Below, one piece after another: positions 1 to 12,170 of a stretch of DNA of 64,000 bases. The notes below the pieces were generated by a model, which was given only the letters and a program-made list of their open reading frames with translations, did no database searches and was not told the DNA's origin. Source of the stretch: Syntrophomonadaceae bacterium (GTDB lineage: Bacteria > Bacillota > Dethiobacteria > DTU022 > UBA8154); assembly GCA_007135125.1 (NCBI GenBank), contig SLJK01000053.1, positions 3,974 to 67,973 of the forward strand. Direction: 5' to 3'. The translations under genes and the position numbers were made by a program. Numbering within the stretch: position 1 is the stretch's first letter; each line of letters starts with the position of its first letter.

Positions 1-88
1 TAATATAAATCTGCTTTAAGCAGCGTATCTCATTCTGCAAAACAATCTATCCGCCAACATAACAAATTTTATTTTTATTAATTTAAAA

Positions 89-119
89 AGGAATAAAAGG
101 AACAGCTTCCTTTTATTCC
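89..119 (-). terminator. Rho-independent terminator: perfect 12-bp stem (ggaataaaagga / tccttttattcc) with 5-nt loop; on the minus strand it is followed by TTTTT; overlaps the TAA stop of the TPR gene
   Basis: Inverted repeat read directly in sequence; T-run on minus strand (plus-strand 80-89 is A-rich). Confidence 0.6.
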
Positions 120-1237
120 TTTTCTCTTTGAGTCAGGTACCTGAGCATATTATGATAAGCCCTATGTTCTATGTTCAAAACATTGTTTATATCATTATAC
201 CTGTTAGAAATGCTTGAAGACGACACCCCGTACTGTTCGGCAAGTTTCTTCTGGGTTACATTCAAAAAGTGATATTTAGCCAGGGCATACTCGAGGCTGG
301 CAGCCCAGGTTTCTTTTTTTTTGATAAAGGGTGTCTCTGGATAAATATTGTTCAAATAATCAATCCAGATAGCCTGCAGATCTTCATAAAAAAGTTCATT
401 GTATGCTTTGCTGTGGCGCATATTTTCCAGTGTACAATCCAGCACTTCCTGCCAGCGCTCCATCCACCTGGGCGCCAACAAAGGGTAATATAATAAATCT
501 ACCTCTTTAAATTCTCCATCCATATGAACGGTTACAAGACCTCTTATTCCCATGTTTTTGAGCTCTAAAAGGGCCTGAAGGCGCAGCCTTTGCTTAATCC
601 AGGGGTTTCTTACAAATTCTTTTAATATCTGTTCTCCCGCTTTATTATTAAGTAAGCCGTACATGTGAATTGCTTTTTCTGCAATCTGTTCGTTTCTGTT
701 GTAAAGTTTGCCCCATAGATAACTGCGCAGGGATTGACTTTCCTGGTAACTCTTACTTAGTTCTTCTTCTTCTTTGCCTATCTCCCTGGTAAAATTAACA
801 TTCTCCTCTGGAGGGGGGGCGATAATCAGCTCCTCTTCGCTTAAGGCAAAAAGCAATTCCTCTGCATCTTCCACCATTTCCCCTTCAGGAGAAAACTGCA
901 GGTAAAGATTTAAATAAATACGGGCCTTTTCCAGCTCATCCAGCAGACCATAATTTACCGCCATTAAAAAATAACACTCCGTTAAAGCTGGATCCAGATC
1001 GTGCACAATGGAAGCAAACATTTCATTTGCTTTTTCAAGGTAGCCCATTCTACTTAACAGGCAGGCCAGGTTATAATGGTAGAGCGAGTTCTCCGGTTCC
1101 ATTTCAATGGTTTTTTTATAAAAAAGCAGGGCCTTCTGCAGCTTGTTCTGCTGATAATAGTGATTACCTTTTTCAAAATAATAATGTGCATTTTGTTCGA
1201 AAGATATCACTTTGGGCAAATTATTTTTGGTCCTCAT
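113..1237 (-). CDS. TPR-repeat protein with C-terminal HTH-like segment
   Basis: 374-aa ORF; N-terminal repeated TPR-like Y/L/A patterns (YYFEKGNHYYQQNKLQKALLFYKK..., NLACLL...); C-terminus LAEQYGVSSSSISNRYNDI resembles a helix-turn-helix. Confidence 0.5.
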   Translation of the reverse strand: MRTKNNLPKVISFEQNAHYYFEKGNHYYQQNKLQKALLFYKKTIEMEPENSLYHYNLACLLSRMGYLEKANEMFASIVHDLDPALTECYFLMAVNYGLLDELEKARIYLNLYLQFSPEGEMVEDAEELLFALSEEELIIAPPPEENVNFTREIGKEEEELSKSYQESQSLRSYLWGKLYNRNEQIAEKAIHMYGLLNNKAGEQILKEFVRNPWIKQRLRLQALLELKNMGIRGLVTVHMDGEFKEVDLLYYPLLAPRWMERWQEVLDCTLENMRHSKAYNELFYEDLQAIWIDYLNNIYPETPFIKKKETWAASLEYALAKYHFLNVTQKKLAEQYGVSSSSISNRYNDINNVLNIEHRAYHNMLRYLTQREKE

Positions 1238-1411
1238 TCTTTCTCACCACGTTTTATAAATATCAAGATTATCAACCATATACTTGCCTTAAACCGACGT
1301 CCACCCGTCTGATAACGGTCTGGCACCGGCATATTCTTACTTAATAACTTTCTGCGCGCCGGGCATGATCTCCTGCACGTATTTTCTTATTTCTCTTAAG
1401 GACAGCATGAT

Positions 1412-2404
1412 CTAATAACCCTCGGGGTTGAGGTCAGCGTATATATCGTCTTGATGATATATCCTGCGCTGCAGAAAGCGATCCCACTCAGTCCATCCAG
1501 GAGATTCATCGCTTGTTTTAAGCACCTGTTGAAATTGCTTCAAGCGGGCACTTATGAGATCGGCATGAAACAAAGTAAAGGCTTCAAAGGTTTGCGGTAT
1601 TTCAGGGGAACCCCATTCTTTTTCCCCGTGATGACTTAAAATCATATGTTCCAGGTTCATCTTCAACCTTTCCGGAAAAGAAGCAACTTCGTCGATTTTT
1701 TCTTTAAGCATGCCGTGGCCAATAGTAATATGTCCCAACAACTTCCCCCGATCAGTCTGTTGAAATGTAATACTATTCATGTTGTATTCCTCAATTTTTC
1801 CAATATCATGAAATAGCGCTCCTATCATAAGCAAGGAGGTGTCCAGTTCCTCGGGGTAATACTGGGCTAACTTGTCACAAAGCTCTACTACTTCCAGGGT
1901 ATGCTCCAACAAACCTCCCAAATAATTATGGTGTATCGTTTTAGCGGCCGATGAAAGGACAAACCTGTCTACCATTTCTTTGTCATTATAAAAGACGTGC
2001 AAAAGCTCCTTTAGTTTCTTATCATTCACTTTTTTATCCATAATTTTTTGCAAAGATGACCACATTTCTCCTGGATCCCTGTCAGAGACAACCTGGAAAT
2101 ATTCCCTTTTGATATTATCCTTGTCCATCTTCTCGTATCCGTTTATGACAAGCTGCAGACCCTGATATTCTTTTACCTCGCCAGATACGTAAAGCACATC
2201 GTCAACTTTAATAGGTTCGCTTACCATAGAACGATCCCAAATTATAGATTTTATGGTTCCGCTGACATCTCCCAGGAGAATCCTTAAAAAATATTCCCCG
2301 GCTCTTGACGGGGCAGAATAAGGCAATACTTTTACATCTAACACTACAAACTGGCTTTGTACAAAACCGCCCCTTTTTAAGTCTTTCACAAATTGTTTGC
2401 TCAA
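1412..2404 (-). CDS. yhaM: YhaM-like 3'-5' exoribonuclease (OB-fold + HD domain)
   Basis: 330 aa; N-terminal OB-fold-like region; HD-domain motifs (HHNYLGGLLEHTLEV, FHDIGK); architecture matches Bacillus YhaM. Confidence 0.6.
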   Translation of the reverse strand: MSKQFVKDLKRGGFVQSQFVVLDVKVLPYSAPSRAGEYFLRILLGDVSGTIKSIIWDRSMVSEPIKVDDVLYVSGEVKEYQGLQLVINGYEKMDKDNIKREYFQVVSDRDPGEMWSSLQKIMDKKVNDKKLKELLHVFYNDKEMVDRFVLSSAAKTIHHNYLGGLLEHTLEVVELCDKLAQYYPEELDTSLLMIGALFHDIGKIEEYNMNSITFQQTDRGKLLGHITIGHGMLKEKIDEVASFPERLKMNLEHMILSHHGEKEWGSPEIPQTFEAFTLFHADLISARLKQFQQVLKTSDESPGWTEWDRFLQRRIYHQDDIYADLNPEGY

Positions 2405-2498
2405 GTTAAAACCTCCTCAACGCATACATGATTCTTTATTCTTTTTCTAAATCCTTCTGTAGTAAACGAGGAAGTGAATATTTCCTGGAAAAAGTACA

Positions 2499-2530
2499 TA
2501 AAAAAAATGGGGGCTTCCCCATTTTTTTTA
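2499..2530. terminator. Bidirectional rho-independent terminator (aaaaaaaa-TGGGGG-ctt-CCCCCA-tttttttt) downstream of metF
   Basis: GC stem flanked by an A-run and a T-run; lies between the metF stop (2558) and the yhaM start (2404). Confidence 0.7.
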
Positions 2531-2557
2531 GGCAGCGCTGTCTTTGTAAACTTACAT

Positions 2558-3493
2558 TCAGTCAACTGCAGGGCGCGGATACAACCCCGCTCTTTCTACT
2601 ATTTCGGGCACCATTTCTTCCCAGGCAATAGCCATAACATGCACCCCGGCTACCCCTTCAATTTCCTGCAATCTTTGAATAGTTTCAATGGCAATATTAA
2701 GCCCTTCTTTTTTCTTGTCCTGGGCTCCTTTTAGGCGATCGATAAGGGCATCGGGAACAATCATTCCGGAAACGTTATTTTTCATATAACGGGCCGCCCC
2801 CAGGGATTTTATGGGAGTAACTCCCCCCATAATATATACTTTCTCGTGTAAACCCAACTCTCTTACTTTTTCCATCCATTTTTCAAAGCGATCCAGGTCA
2901 AATATACACTGTGTCTGGACAAATTGTACGCCTGCAGCTATTTTTTTAGCCAAACGATAGGGCCGATATTCGAAAGGATCGGCGAAAGGATTGGCTACCG
3001 CCCCAATAAATATATTGGGAAGCGGATGCTCCAGTTCTTCTCCCCCTATAAAAACGTTATCGTCCCTCATTCTTTTGACGGCATTAATCCACTGCATGGA
3101 ATCAAGGTCATTAACATTTTTTGAACCCGGCTCATTCCCAAATTTACCGTGATCGCCCTGTAAACAGAGGAAATTTCTAACCCCAAAACTTGCTGCGCCC
3201 AGTAAATCTCCCTGCAGAGCAATCCTGTTCCGGTCACGGACCGTCATCTGTACTACAGGTTCCAGGCCCATCTGCATCAAAGTAGCGGCCACCCCAATAC
3301 TTGAGGTGCGCACTATTGCTGTCTGATTGTCTGTGATATTATAAGCTTCAACGTGGTTACGCATTTCATCCGCATGGTGCTTAACAGTTTCCACATCAGC
3401 ACTTTTGGGCGGGCCCAGTTCCCCCGTAACTGCAAAATGGCCACTTTTTAGGACTTTTTCAAGCTTGCTCGCTGGTTGTTTCAACCCTGGCAT
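2558..3493 (-). CDS. metF: 5,10-methylenetetrahydrofolate reductase (acetogen-type MetF)
   Basis: 311 aa; MTHFR TIM-barrel family; follows metV and the acs genes as in acetogen Wood-Ljungdahl clusters. Confidence 0.85.
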   Translation of the reverse strand: MPGLKQPASKLEKVLKSGHFAVTGELGPPKSADVETVKHHADEMRNHVEAYNITDNQTAIVRTSSIGVAATLMQMGLEPVVQMTVRDRNRIALQGDLLGAASFGVRNFLCLQGDHGKFGNEPGSKNVNDLDSMQWINAVKRMRDDNVFIGGEELEHPLPNIFIGAVANPFADPFEYRPYRLAKKIAAGVQFVQTQCIFDLDRFEKWMEKVRELGLHEKVYIMGGVTPIKSLGAARYMKNNVSGMIVPDALIDRLKGAQDKKKEGLNIAIETIQRLQEIEGVAGVHVMAIAWEEMVPEIVERAGLYPRPAVD

Positions 3494-4148
3494 CCTCCCT
3501 TACAACAGTTCTTGGACCTCCATGATGGGAAGTGGACCAATCCTTGGGGGGTTGGACCGGATCCATTCTATCAATAACACCCAATTTGCCCAGGCGTTCG
3601 TATATTAGCTGCCAGGCACAATCTACATCCTCGCTAACTTCGCACTTCCCGTCCTGGGAGCCACCGCAGGGTCCGTTAAGCATACTTTTTGAGCACCTGG
3701 CAATGGGGCAAATACCCATGGTCATATCCAGAACACAATCGCCACAGCCAAGGCAATTCTCTGTCCATACACCTTGCTCCAGAGGATAGCCAAAAAACTG
3801 GGTATTAAGACCCGGCAAAATAACCTTATCGGAAAGCCTTTCGGTCATTGCCTGTACTCCAACGCCGCAGGCCAGAGAAAGAATAACATCGTAGCCCTTT
3901 ATTTTTTCGGCCAGTTCATCAATATACTCGTATTCACACTGCCTCAACATTGTTTCGGAACTAACTTCTACCTCTTTCCCTTCTTTTTTACGCCAAATCG
4001 AAAGAGTTGCGGCTGTTTCTGCTGCCTCTTTTTCGCCTCCGGAAAGGCACACCGTTACGCACGCGCCGCACCCCAAAACACAGATCTTATTATAGGGCTG
4101 CAGCATTTCAGCTATTTCGGCCAGAGGTTTTCTGTCTCCAACAATCAT
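3459..4148 (-). CDS. metV: MetV, Cys-rich Fe-S/zinc-finger partner of MetF
   Basis: 229 aa; multiple Cys clusters (CVLGCGAC, CLGCGDC, CPIARC); overlaps metF by 35 bp, as in Moorella-type metVF. Confidence 0.75.
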   Translation of the reverse strand: MIVGDRKPLAEIAEMLQPYNKICVLGCGACVTVCLSGGEKEAAETAATLSIWRKKEGKEVEVSSETMLRQCEYEYIDELAEKIKGYDVILSLACGVGVQAMTERLSDKVILPGLNTQFFGYPLEQGVWTENCLGCGDCVLDMTMGICPIARCSKSMLNGPCGGSQDGKCEVSEDVDCAWQLIYERLGKLGVIDRMDPVQPPKDWSTSHHGGPRTVVREDARVETTSEQA

Positions 4149-4236
4149 TATTTCACCTTCCCTCTCCGTAACCTCCTCAGCAAAGTAAAATGCTTTGTCT
4201 TTTCCATCAGGATTCTTCTACACAATATATAAATAA

Positions 4237-4450
4237 GGGGCTGGAAATTACACCTGGACTATAATAACAACTGCTAGAACGTCTGTTACCTAAATTTTGC
4301 TACCTCAAAATGATATGGATAATGCTAAAACTGGTACACTGGTTTAAGCAACTGCTGAATATAAAATGCAATGGGCTGCTGATTACGCTGGAACACATAC
4401 AACACACATAAGGGCATTACTGCTATAAGACCTTTATCATTTCCAGCCCC
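4237..4450 (-). repeat. Long-range 12-bp perfect inverted repeat (GGGGCTGGAAAT ... ATTTCCAGCCCC) enclosing about 190 nt of the acsE-metV intergenic region
   Basis: Arms at 4237-4248 and 4439-4450 are exact reverse complements; on the minus-strand transcript the 3' arm is followed by a U-rich tract (UUAUUUAUAUAUU). Confidence 0.5.
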
Positions 4451-4460
4451 AAATCTTGGC

Positions 4461-6280
<1,820 letters not shown>

Positions 6281-6360
6281 CGCTCTTCTCCTTTCTGACT
6301 AATAATCTAAAACCGGAATGCTTCTGCTCCGACCGAGGAAAGAGATAATTCTGCCTGAGA

Positions 6361-7737
6361 TTACGCAAAATTACTCTTTGCAAACTTTTGAATTCCATTT
6401 GCCTCACGTGGCCCTACCATGACCTCCCAGCCAGATTCATCCTCCAGTTTTCCTTTCAGTACAGCTACACCACCAGGAATAACGGCTTTCTTATGGTTAA
6501 CCTTATCTTCAAGCCCCACGGCTTTGATGTCTGCTGCAATTTTCTCTGCTGTAAACTTATTATCTGCATAGGCAGTCAAAACGGAAATGCCGCCGGTATC
6601 CACAGAAAGTATGTAGCTGGGAATACGTGTAGCATCAACTTCACCTTCCACCAGGAAGTATGTTAGCGAAAAGTTCGTTGTGACGTATACAGGCGAATCG
6701 GCAGTGGGTTCACCTACTTCGTGCAAACCGGGCTCTACCGCAACAGGCTTTTGTGGGTCGGTAAATAGGTTGGCCCTCCAGCTGAGCAGTGGCATTAGGT
6801 GTTCTTTTTTGTCGGTCTTCAAAACTAAAACACTGGTAAACTTGGAGATATAAACCCCCGCCTGAAGCATTTCTTCCCGCAAATCTTCTTTGGTAGTAAA
6901 AGCAATAGTCGGATAACCGAAAGAGCGGAATTTCTTCCGCACAGCGAGGCGGCGGATCTGGGTCATATCAGCAAGCACCTTGCTTGTCTCTCTAGAACCT
7001 GGATCGATAACCAGTTCCTTATAGCCCAAAGCCACAACTTTATCCACCAGTTCAGCCAGACTGTTCAAGTCCTCGCCTTTGACAGCCAAAACACAGCCAT
7101 TGGCCTTGGCCAGCTCTGTCATCTTTTCGTAGTTGTCCTTATTGGCAGCATAAATAAGGGGCTTGCGTTCTGCCAGAACTCCTACAGCAGCTTCCATAGC
7201 CCCTACATCTTCCGTCACCAGAGTAATATTTTTAGCGGTTTTTGCGGCCGCTGTTTCAGCTGCAGCCTTAAAAGTAGCCGCATCTCCAGAAGCATTAATA
7301 ATTGCTACCATGTCAACCTCATAGCGCTGGCCGACACGTTCAAAAATTAGTTCGTTAATACTTTCCACTTTGGCTCCAACATCTTCGTTATCGTTAACAG
7401 CAATGGTAACCGCGGTAGGATGGTTGAAACGTTTATCATGGCGAAAAATTTCAGTTTCATCACCCATTTCAATAACGTTATCACCTGCTCCTACTTTTAC
7501 CAAGCGGATTGGAGGTGCTGCAGCAGACGATAAGGCTTCCTTAGCTTCTTCAGAAACATCTGGACACTGATCCAACGAGGTCTTTCCGTTGGCCAAAGCC
7601 ATCGCAAAAGCCAAGCAAGTTGGAAATCCACATTCTTTACAGTTGGTCTTGGGCAAATGCTTGAAAATCTCTAAACCTGTTAAACCCATTGTTTCGACTC
7701 CTTTCTTTTTAAAAATATTATTTCCATAAAACCCCAA
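6361..7737 (-). CDS. acsC: Corrinoid iron-sulfur protein large subunit (CFeSP gamma)
   Basis: 458 aa; N-terminal 4Fe-4S motif CKECGFPTCLAFAMALANGK; size matches AcsC. Confidence 0.85.
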   Translation of the reverse strand: MGFYGNNIFKKKGVETMGLTGLEIFKHLPKTNCKECGFPTCLAFAMALANGKTSLDQCPDVSEEAKEALSSAAAPPIRLVKVGAGDNVIEMGDETEIFRHDKRFNHPTAVTIAVNDNEDVGAKVESINELIFERVGQRYEVDMVAIINASGDAATFKAAAETAAAKTAKNITLVTEDVGAMEAAVGVLAERKPLIYAANKDNYEKMTELAKANGCVLAVKGEDLNSLAELVDKVVALGYKELVIDPGSRETSKVLADMTQIRRLAVRKKFRSFGYPTIAFTTKEDLREEMLQAGVYISKFTSVLVLKTDKKEHLMPLLSWRANLFTDPQKPVAVEPGLHEVGEPTADSPVYVTTNFSLTYFLVEGEVDATRIPSYILSVDTGGISVLTAYADNKFTAEKIAADIKAVGLEDKVNHKKAVIPGGVAVLKGKLEDESGWEVMVGPREANGIQKFAKSNFA

Positions 7738-7796
7738 ACGAGAGGGGCGTCATTGCACCTTAATGTGCTCCGCCCCCCGGGGTTTTTCAGGTCGAA

Positions 7797-10001
7797 TTAC
7801 ATCAAAGGATCCATGGTCAATGCCGGGTGTCCCTTTTCTTCCAGGAAAGGCAGTATTTCTTCTGCCGAGGTTCCAATCGTCTCATCAGCTATCTTATCAA
7901 CGAAGTCTGCACCTAAACCCTGATCTTCTGCTGCCTTACGCAGATCGTCACCTAACCATTCCTTCAGCTCCTTGGGAAGCCATACCACACGGGCCAGACC
8001 ACCGTCAGCCTTTATAAACTTTTTGCTAAGCGTGAACACACGCCCGTGGCCCATAAAACCGGGAGTCTGCACTCCACCGCCTACAGAGCCAGCCAGGGTA
8101 GAAAAGTTCATGCCGCAAGGAGTCATACCACCGTGTTCCCTGGTAGTTATCATAACTCCGTTGGCTTCGGGAACGATACCCATAATACATTCAAAGCAGC
8201 CACAGGAAGTCATGGGGCGGTCGATAAAGGAATACATAGAGCATTCTTCAATATTACGGTTAGTGTTGTTATAGACAAACTCGTTTACCGATTCCCAGAT
8301 ACCCTTCTCCTCGTCAACAAGACCCTCTTTCTTAATGGGCTGATTGGGGCCGGTAGGATCGATCTCGTTAGAAGCTTTGCCATCCAGCCAACTTACGGCA
8401 CCGCAAAGGCCTAAACGCTCCGGAGTGACCACGCAAACGTGGTTGGGAGCAAAGGACTGGCAGAGGGTGCAGGAATAAAAATCCTCCACCGATTCATCTG
8501 TAAGACCCGCTAACCGGGCGTCCCTCTCGGCATAAACTTCCCGGGCCCCTTCCAGTTTCTCCTCCACAGCCGCAGGATCTGTATATACAGTTACTTGAAC
8601 GCGGTCTACAATGGAAGGAAAATCGTCCTTAAACTTGGCAATGAGCAAGTCTCCATAGTGGCGGAACTTGAAGCCCTTGGCCACACAATCCTTGCTTACA
8701 CGATACCAGCAGAGGTTGCGCTGGCCGGCATGCCAGAGTCCTTCTCCGTAGTTTATAAAATCGTGGATGCGCCGCTCTAACACCCCTTCGAAGTCCTCCT
8801 GCATTTTGCGGCCGAATATTTTCACGAATATCCCGCCACTGATGGCAGAACCTTCTTCAATCTCATCGATTTCAGGGCCGACAACTTCCACCTTGCCGTC
8901 TTCAATCTCGTCTTCGTTAACCATTCTTACTAACTCAAATGAAGGAGTACGGCCGCCGCCAAATTCCATGTACATATCTTTCTTGCGAATGGCCTCTCCT
9001 TCAAAAGCAGGAGCCACAGTAAAGGGCACCGGGATATCCAAGATCTTGAGCTTGATACCGCGTACCTCCAAGGCAACCTGCACCAGGGTATCGTAATCGG
9101 GATGTGAGATATACCAGTTGGGAATCTGCTCGTCTTCAGGAAGCTCGTGGTCTACCAGGACCGGAAAACCCAGGAAAATAGCAGCAAAGTGGGCTGCAGT
9201 CTGCACTTCATCTCTTTCCCCGAATTGCAGGACAAATGCGCGGACACGACGGCGCTGGTAGTCTCTCTGCTCTTCTCTTAGCCCCGGGGTGATACCACCA
9301 AAGGCAAGGCCTGCTCTTAAGGCATAATTAACAGCATGAATAACCTGGGTAAAATTCCCCATGGGGAAAGTAATAAAGTCAATACCCAGCTTGAGCCCAG
9401 CCTCAATAGCCTGGTCTACAACCTCGTAAGCCATAAAAATCATGAAACCCTTGGCCTGTAGATCACTTACAATCTTAGCCAGAGCTTCGGTAGATTTAGC
9501 TTTGCCAACCAAGACCGCCTGACCGGGGATAGTCCAGTCTACCAGAAGGATTCCGTAACGACGAACCACCGGGTCTCCTAAAAAACCGGTCCAGGGTTCT
9601 ACGTGCAGCTGTTCTCCTTTCAGGTAGCGTAAGGCTTCAATTATTTCTGCAGCATATGCAGTGGACTCACCGCAGAGCCTGGCGTTGTAGAAATTCAGTT
9701 CCTCTTTGATCTGGTTCCGCATGCGGTTTAGAATTGGAGGAAGCTCACCCAGTTTGGTAACCTTCTCGCCACTCAAGTTCATGATGACCGGCAGGTAATA
9801 TCCGGTATCGGGATAGCCTACGGGATGCTCAGGGCCGTATCTCCTGATAGCCTGACTCAGAAGGATCTCGGCGTAGCTGGTGGCAATAATAGCTCCGTCA
9901 TACACCTTTTGGAATAACGGCAGGGGTGGCTTGGATTCATCAACCGCACCCTCAAATATCTCTTCGAAAGAATTTTCCCATTCTCTACTAACTGTGCTCA
10001 T
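7797..10001 (-). CDS. acsB: Acetyl-CoA synthase (A-cluster subunit)
   Basis: 734 aa; C-terminal A-cluster Cys-Gly-Cys motif (TSCGCFECIMG); size equals Moorella AcsB. Confidence 0.9.
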   Translation of the reverse strand: MSTVSREWENSFEEIFEGAVDESKPPLPLFQKVYDGAIIATSYAEILLSQAIRRYGPEHPVGYPDTGYYLPVIMNLSGEKVTKLGELPPILNRMRNQIKEELNFYNARLCGESTAYAAEIIEALRYLKGEQLHVEPWTGFLGDPVVRRYGILLVDWTIPGQAVLVGKAKSTEALAKIVSDLQAKGFMIFMAYEVVDQAIEAGLKLGIDFITFPMGNFTQVIHAVNYALRAGLAFGGITPGLREEQRDYQRRRVRAFVLQFGERDEVQTAAHFAAIFLGFPVLVDHELPEDEQIPNWYISHPDYDTLVQVALEVRGIKLKILDIPVPFTVAPAFEGEAIRKKDMYMEFGGGRTPSFELVRMVNEDEIEDGKVEVVGPEIDEIEEGSAISGGIFVKIFGRKMQEDFEGVLERRIHDFINYGEGLWHAGQRNLCWYRVSKDCVAKGFKFRHYGDLLIAKFKDDFPSIVDRVQVTVYTDPAAVEEKLEGAREVYAERDARLAGLTDESVEDFYSCTLCQSFAPNHVCVVTPERLGLCGAVSWLDGKASNEIDPTGPNQPIKKEGLVDEEKGIWESVNEFVYNNTNRNIEECSMYSFIDRPMTSCGCFECIMGIVPEANGVMITTREHGGMTPCGMNFSTLAGSVGGGVQTPGFMGHGRVFTLSKKFIKADGGLARVVWLPKELKEWLGDDLRKAAEDQGLGADFVDKIADETIGTSAEEILPFLEEKGHPALTMDPLM

Positions 10002-10034
10002 GTACTCTTACCTCCTTTTTTCTACGAATATATT

Positions 10035-12005
10035 TTACCAGGTTTCCGAGACAGCTGTTTCGTACTTTTCGGCAGCCATCTTGTGCACCTTCATCTTCCA
10101 GGTTCTTTCCTGCAAGGCAGCTAACAACTTCTTAGCAGCTTCCATGGGATCCTCTTCCCACATGAAGTAACCACCGTAGACATCCTGGGCAATCTGCAGG
10201 GCAATACCGTCTACTAGGGGGCTGCCAGGGATAGGCGGCATAACTCCTACGTGGGTAGGAACGCCCAGGGTTACGCACCAGCTACCGATTGATACAGCCT
10301 TTTCACTCATGGCCTCGGGGGCGCTGGCGACGAAGGGAACCTTGGGGGTATCCACTTTCCATTGCTCAGCCAAGGCGGTTACAAAGTCGTAGCACCGGGT
10401 GTTATCCACACAGGAACCCATATGGAAAATCAAGGGAAGATCTTCACCAATTTTTCCTTTATTGGCTTCGTTGAGGCGCTTCATGAAAGCTTTTAGACCA
10501 TCGCCGGCATACTTCTCCACGGCATCCCCGTTCATTAAACCAAGCTTGCCGAAAGTTCCTGCAGCACAGCCGGTTGATACCAGTAAAACATTGTTCTTGG
10601 CCAGTTCCGTGGCAATGGTAAAGTGGCTGCTATCATGAAAAACCTTGAGGTTGTTGCAGCCAGCAAAGAGGCAAACCCCCGCCAATTCGCCGGAGTCAAC
10701 AGCATCGGTCACGGCCTTGATGGGGCTTTCGGGGCTGATAGCGCCCAAAATATCCTCCATGGCTTCCAGGCTAAATCCTGCGATTACCTTGTTCTTAATC
10801 TGGGGAATGCTAACTTTGGAAGGATCACGTTCTTTATACGCTTCAATGGCCAGGTTGACAATCTCCCTGGCTTTTTCCAGGGCCCGGGTCTCATCAAAGT
10901 CAACGTAATAAGAGCTGGGAATCTTGGCATTGGGAATGGTAGTAATAACTTTGGTGTGATAGCATTCTGCAACGGCCTGAATTCCGGGCATGATACACTG
11001 TACGTCCACCACCATAGCATCCATGGCTCCGGTCATAATGGCCAGTTCCTGGGACAGGAAGTTGGTAAGAGGAGGCACACCCTGGCGCATCAGCACCTCG
11101 TTTCCTGTACAGCAGATTCCCACGCACTTAATGTCGTCTGCTCCGGCTGCTTTGGCTTCATCCTGCATTTCCCGGGCTGCTCTAACCACAATTTCGCTCA
11201 AGATGGGATTGTGACCGTGGAGAGCGATATTGACGTTCTTCTCCTCCAAAACACCCATATTGGCATCGGTTACAGCCGGTGTAGGTGTGCCGAAGAGAAT
11301 ATCGGAAAGGTCTGTGGATATATGCATACCGATGTAGTCACACAGGGAAGTCTTCAAAGACTGAAACACCAGGTTCACCGGATCAGCGTCCATCCCCATG
11401 TGGGTTTGAGCCATAGATTCGGCGATGGTTTTATGAATACTGTTGGGCATAATGTTGCAGTCCATGGCTTTTTGCACACGTTCAGGGACTACCGTTTTTT
11501 CCATCCACTTGCTGTACGTCCTTTTATCCAGGCGGCTGAACTCTTCCTCCGCCAGGTCTACCACATCTTTTAAAATCTCCTGTTCTGAACGACCCTCCAC
11601 GGCAATATCAAATTTGGTTGCTATCCGCTTCAGCTTGTCGCTGTCAGTAATACTATAGTCGCTCTCATGTCCATCGGCTATTTCCCTCATAACGGAAGTG
11701 ATATGCATGCCGTGGTCACAGTGGGCTGCTGTTCCTCCCAGAACATGGCGGAGCAAATTACGCCCAACAATCGTGTACGGCGCAGCACCGCAGATCCCTT
11801 TGCTTGCCTTCTTGGTAATACGGCAGGGCCCCTGAATACAGATGGTGCAGCAGATACCGGTATCACCATACTGGCACTGGGGCTGCATGTTAAGATAGCG
11901 GTCATATGCCGTCTCAACACCATTACCTTCGCAACTGGCTAGTACTTCCAGCGCTGCAGGGTCAATGGTTCTGTTGCGGTTCTTTTCCTTCTTTTTGTCA
12001 GCCAT
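10035..12005 (-). CDS. acsA: Ni-dependent carbon monoxide dehydrogenase catalytic subunit
   Basis: 656 aa; CooS/AcsA family with N-terminal Cys clusters (CQYGDTGICCTICIQGPCR); immediately upstream of acsB. Confidence 0.9.
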   Translation of the reverse strand: MADKKKEKNRNRTIDPAALEVLASCEGNGVETAYDRYLNMQPQCQYGDTGICCTICIQGPCRITKKASKGICGAAPYTIVGRNLLRHVLGGTAAHCDHGMHITSVMREIADGHESDYSITDSDKLKRIATKFDIAVEGRSEQEILKDVVDLAEEEFSRLDKRTYSKWMEKTVVPERVQKAMDCNIMPNSIHKTIAESMAQTHMGMDADPVNLVFQSLKTSLCDYIGMHISTDLSDILFGTPTPAVTDANMGVLEEKNVNIALHGHNPILSEIVVRAAREMQDEAKAAGADDIKCVGICCTGNEVLMRQGVPPLTNFLSQELAIMTGAMDAMVVDVQCIMPGIQAVAECYHTKVITTIPNAKIPSSYYVDFDETRALEKAREIVNLAIEAYKERDPSKVSIPQIKNKVIAGFSLEAMEDILGAISPESPIKAVTDAVDSGELAGVCLFAGCNNLKVFHDSSHFTIATELAKNNVLLVSTGCAAGTFGKLGLMNGDAVEKYAGDGLKAFMKRLNEANKGKIGEDLPLIFHMGSCVDNTRCYDFVTALAEQWKVDTPKVPFVASAPEAMSEKAVSIGSWCVTLGVPTHVGVMPPIPGSPLVDGIALQIAQDVYGGYFMWEEDPMEAAKKLLAALQERTWKMKVHKMAAEKYETAVSETW

Positions 12006-12170
12006 AATGTTTCCCTAACCTCCTTGGAATATTTATTTAATCGCCACTTGGGGCTCGTAGAAAACCCCGCCTATCCAAAATATGCCTCCATTTATAACAC
12101 AAAAGCTAATTGTTTAGCCGTTACATTTAGTCCCGAGAAATGAACTAAATCCCCCGGACTCATAAATAGC

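Noticed and set aside
1421-1433. Short hairpin AACCC-tcg-GGGTT
   Set aside because: Lies inside the YhaM-like coding sequence, is only 5 bp with a 3-nt loop, and is not followed by a T-run.
4149-4460. Possible SAM (S-box) or B12 riboswitch in front of metV-metF
   Set aside because: Conserved S-box core (GAGGGA...GCAACC...GGUGC) and B12-box motifs are absent; kept only as a generic structured element.
10623-11573. 316-aa plus-strand ORF (and several 60-90 aa ORFs) inside the acsA/CODH gene
   Set aside because: Lies antisense within a strongly supported CODH coding region; low-complexity Gly/His/Ala-rich translation typical of GC-biased antisense frames; no RBS context.
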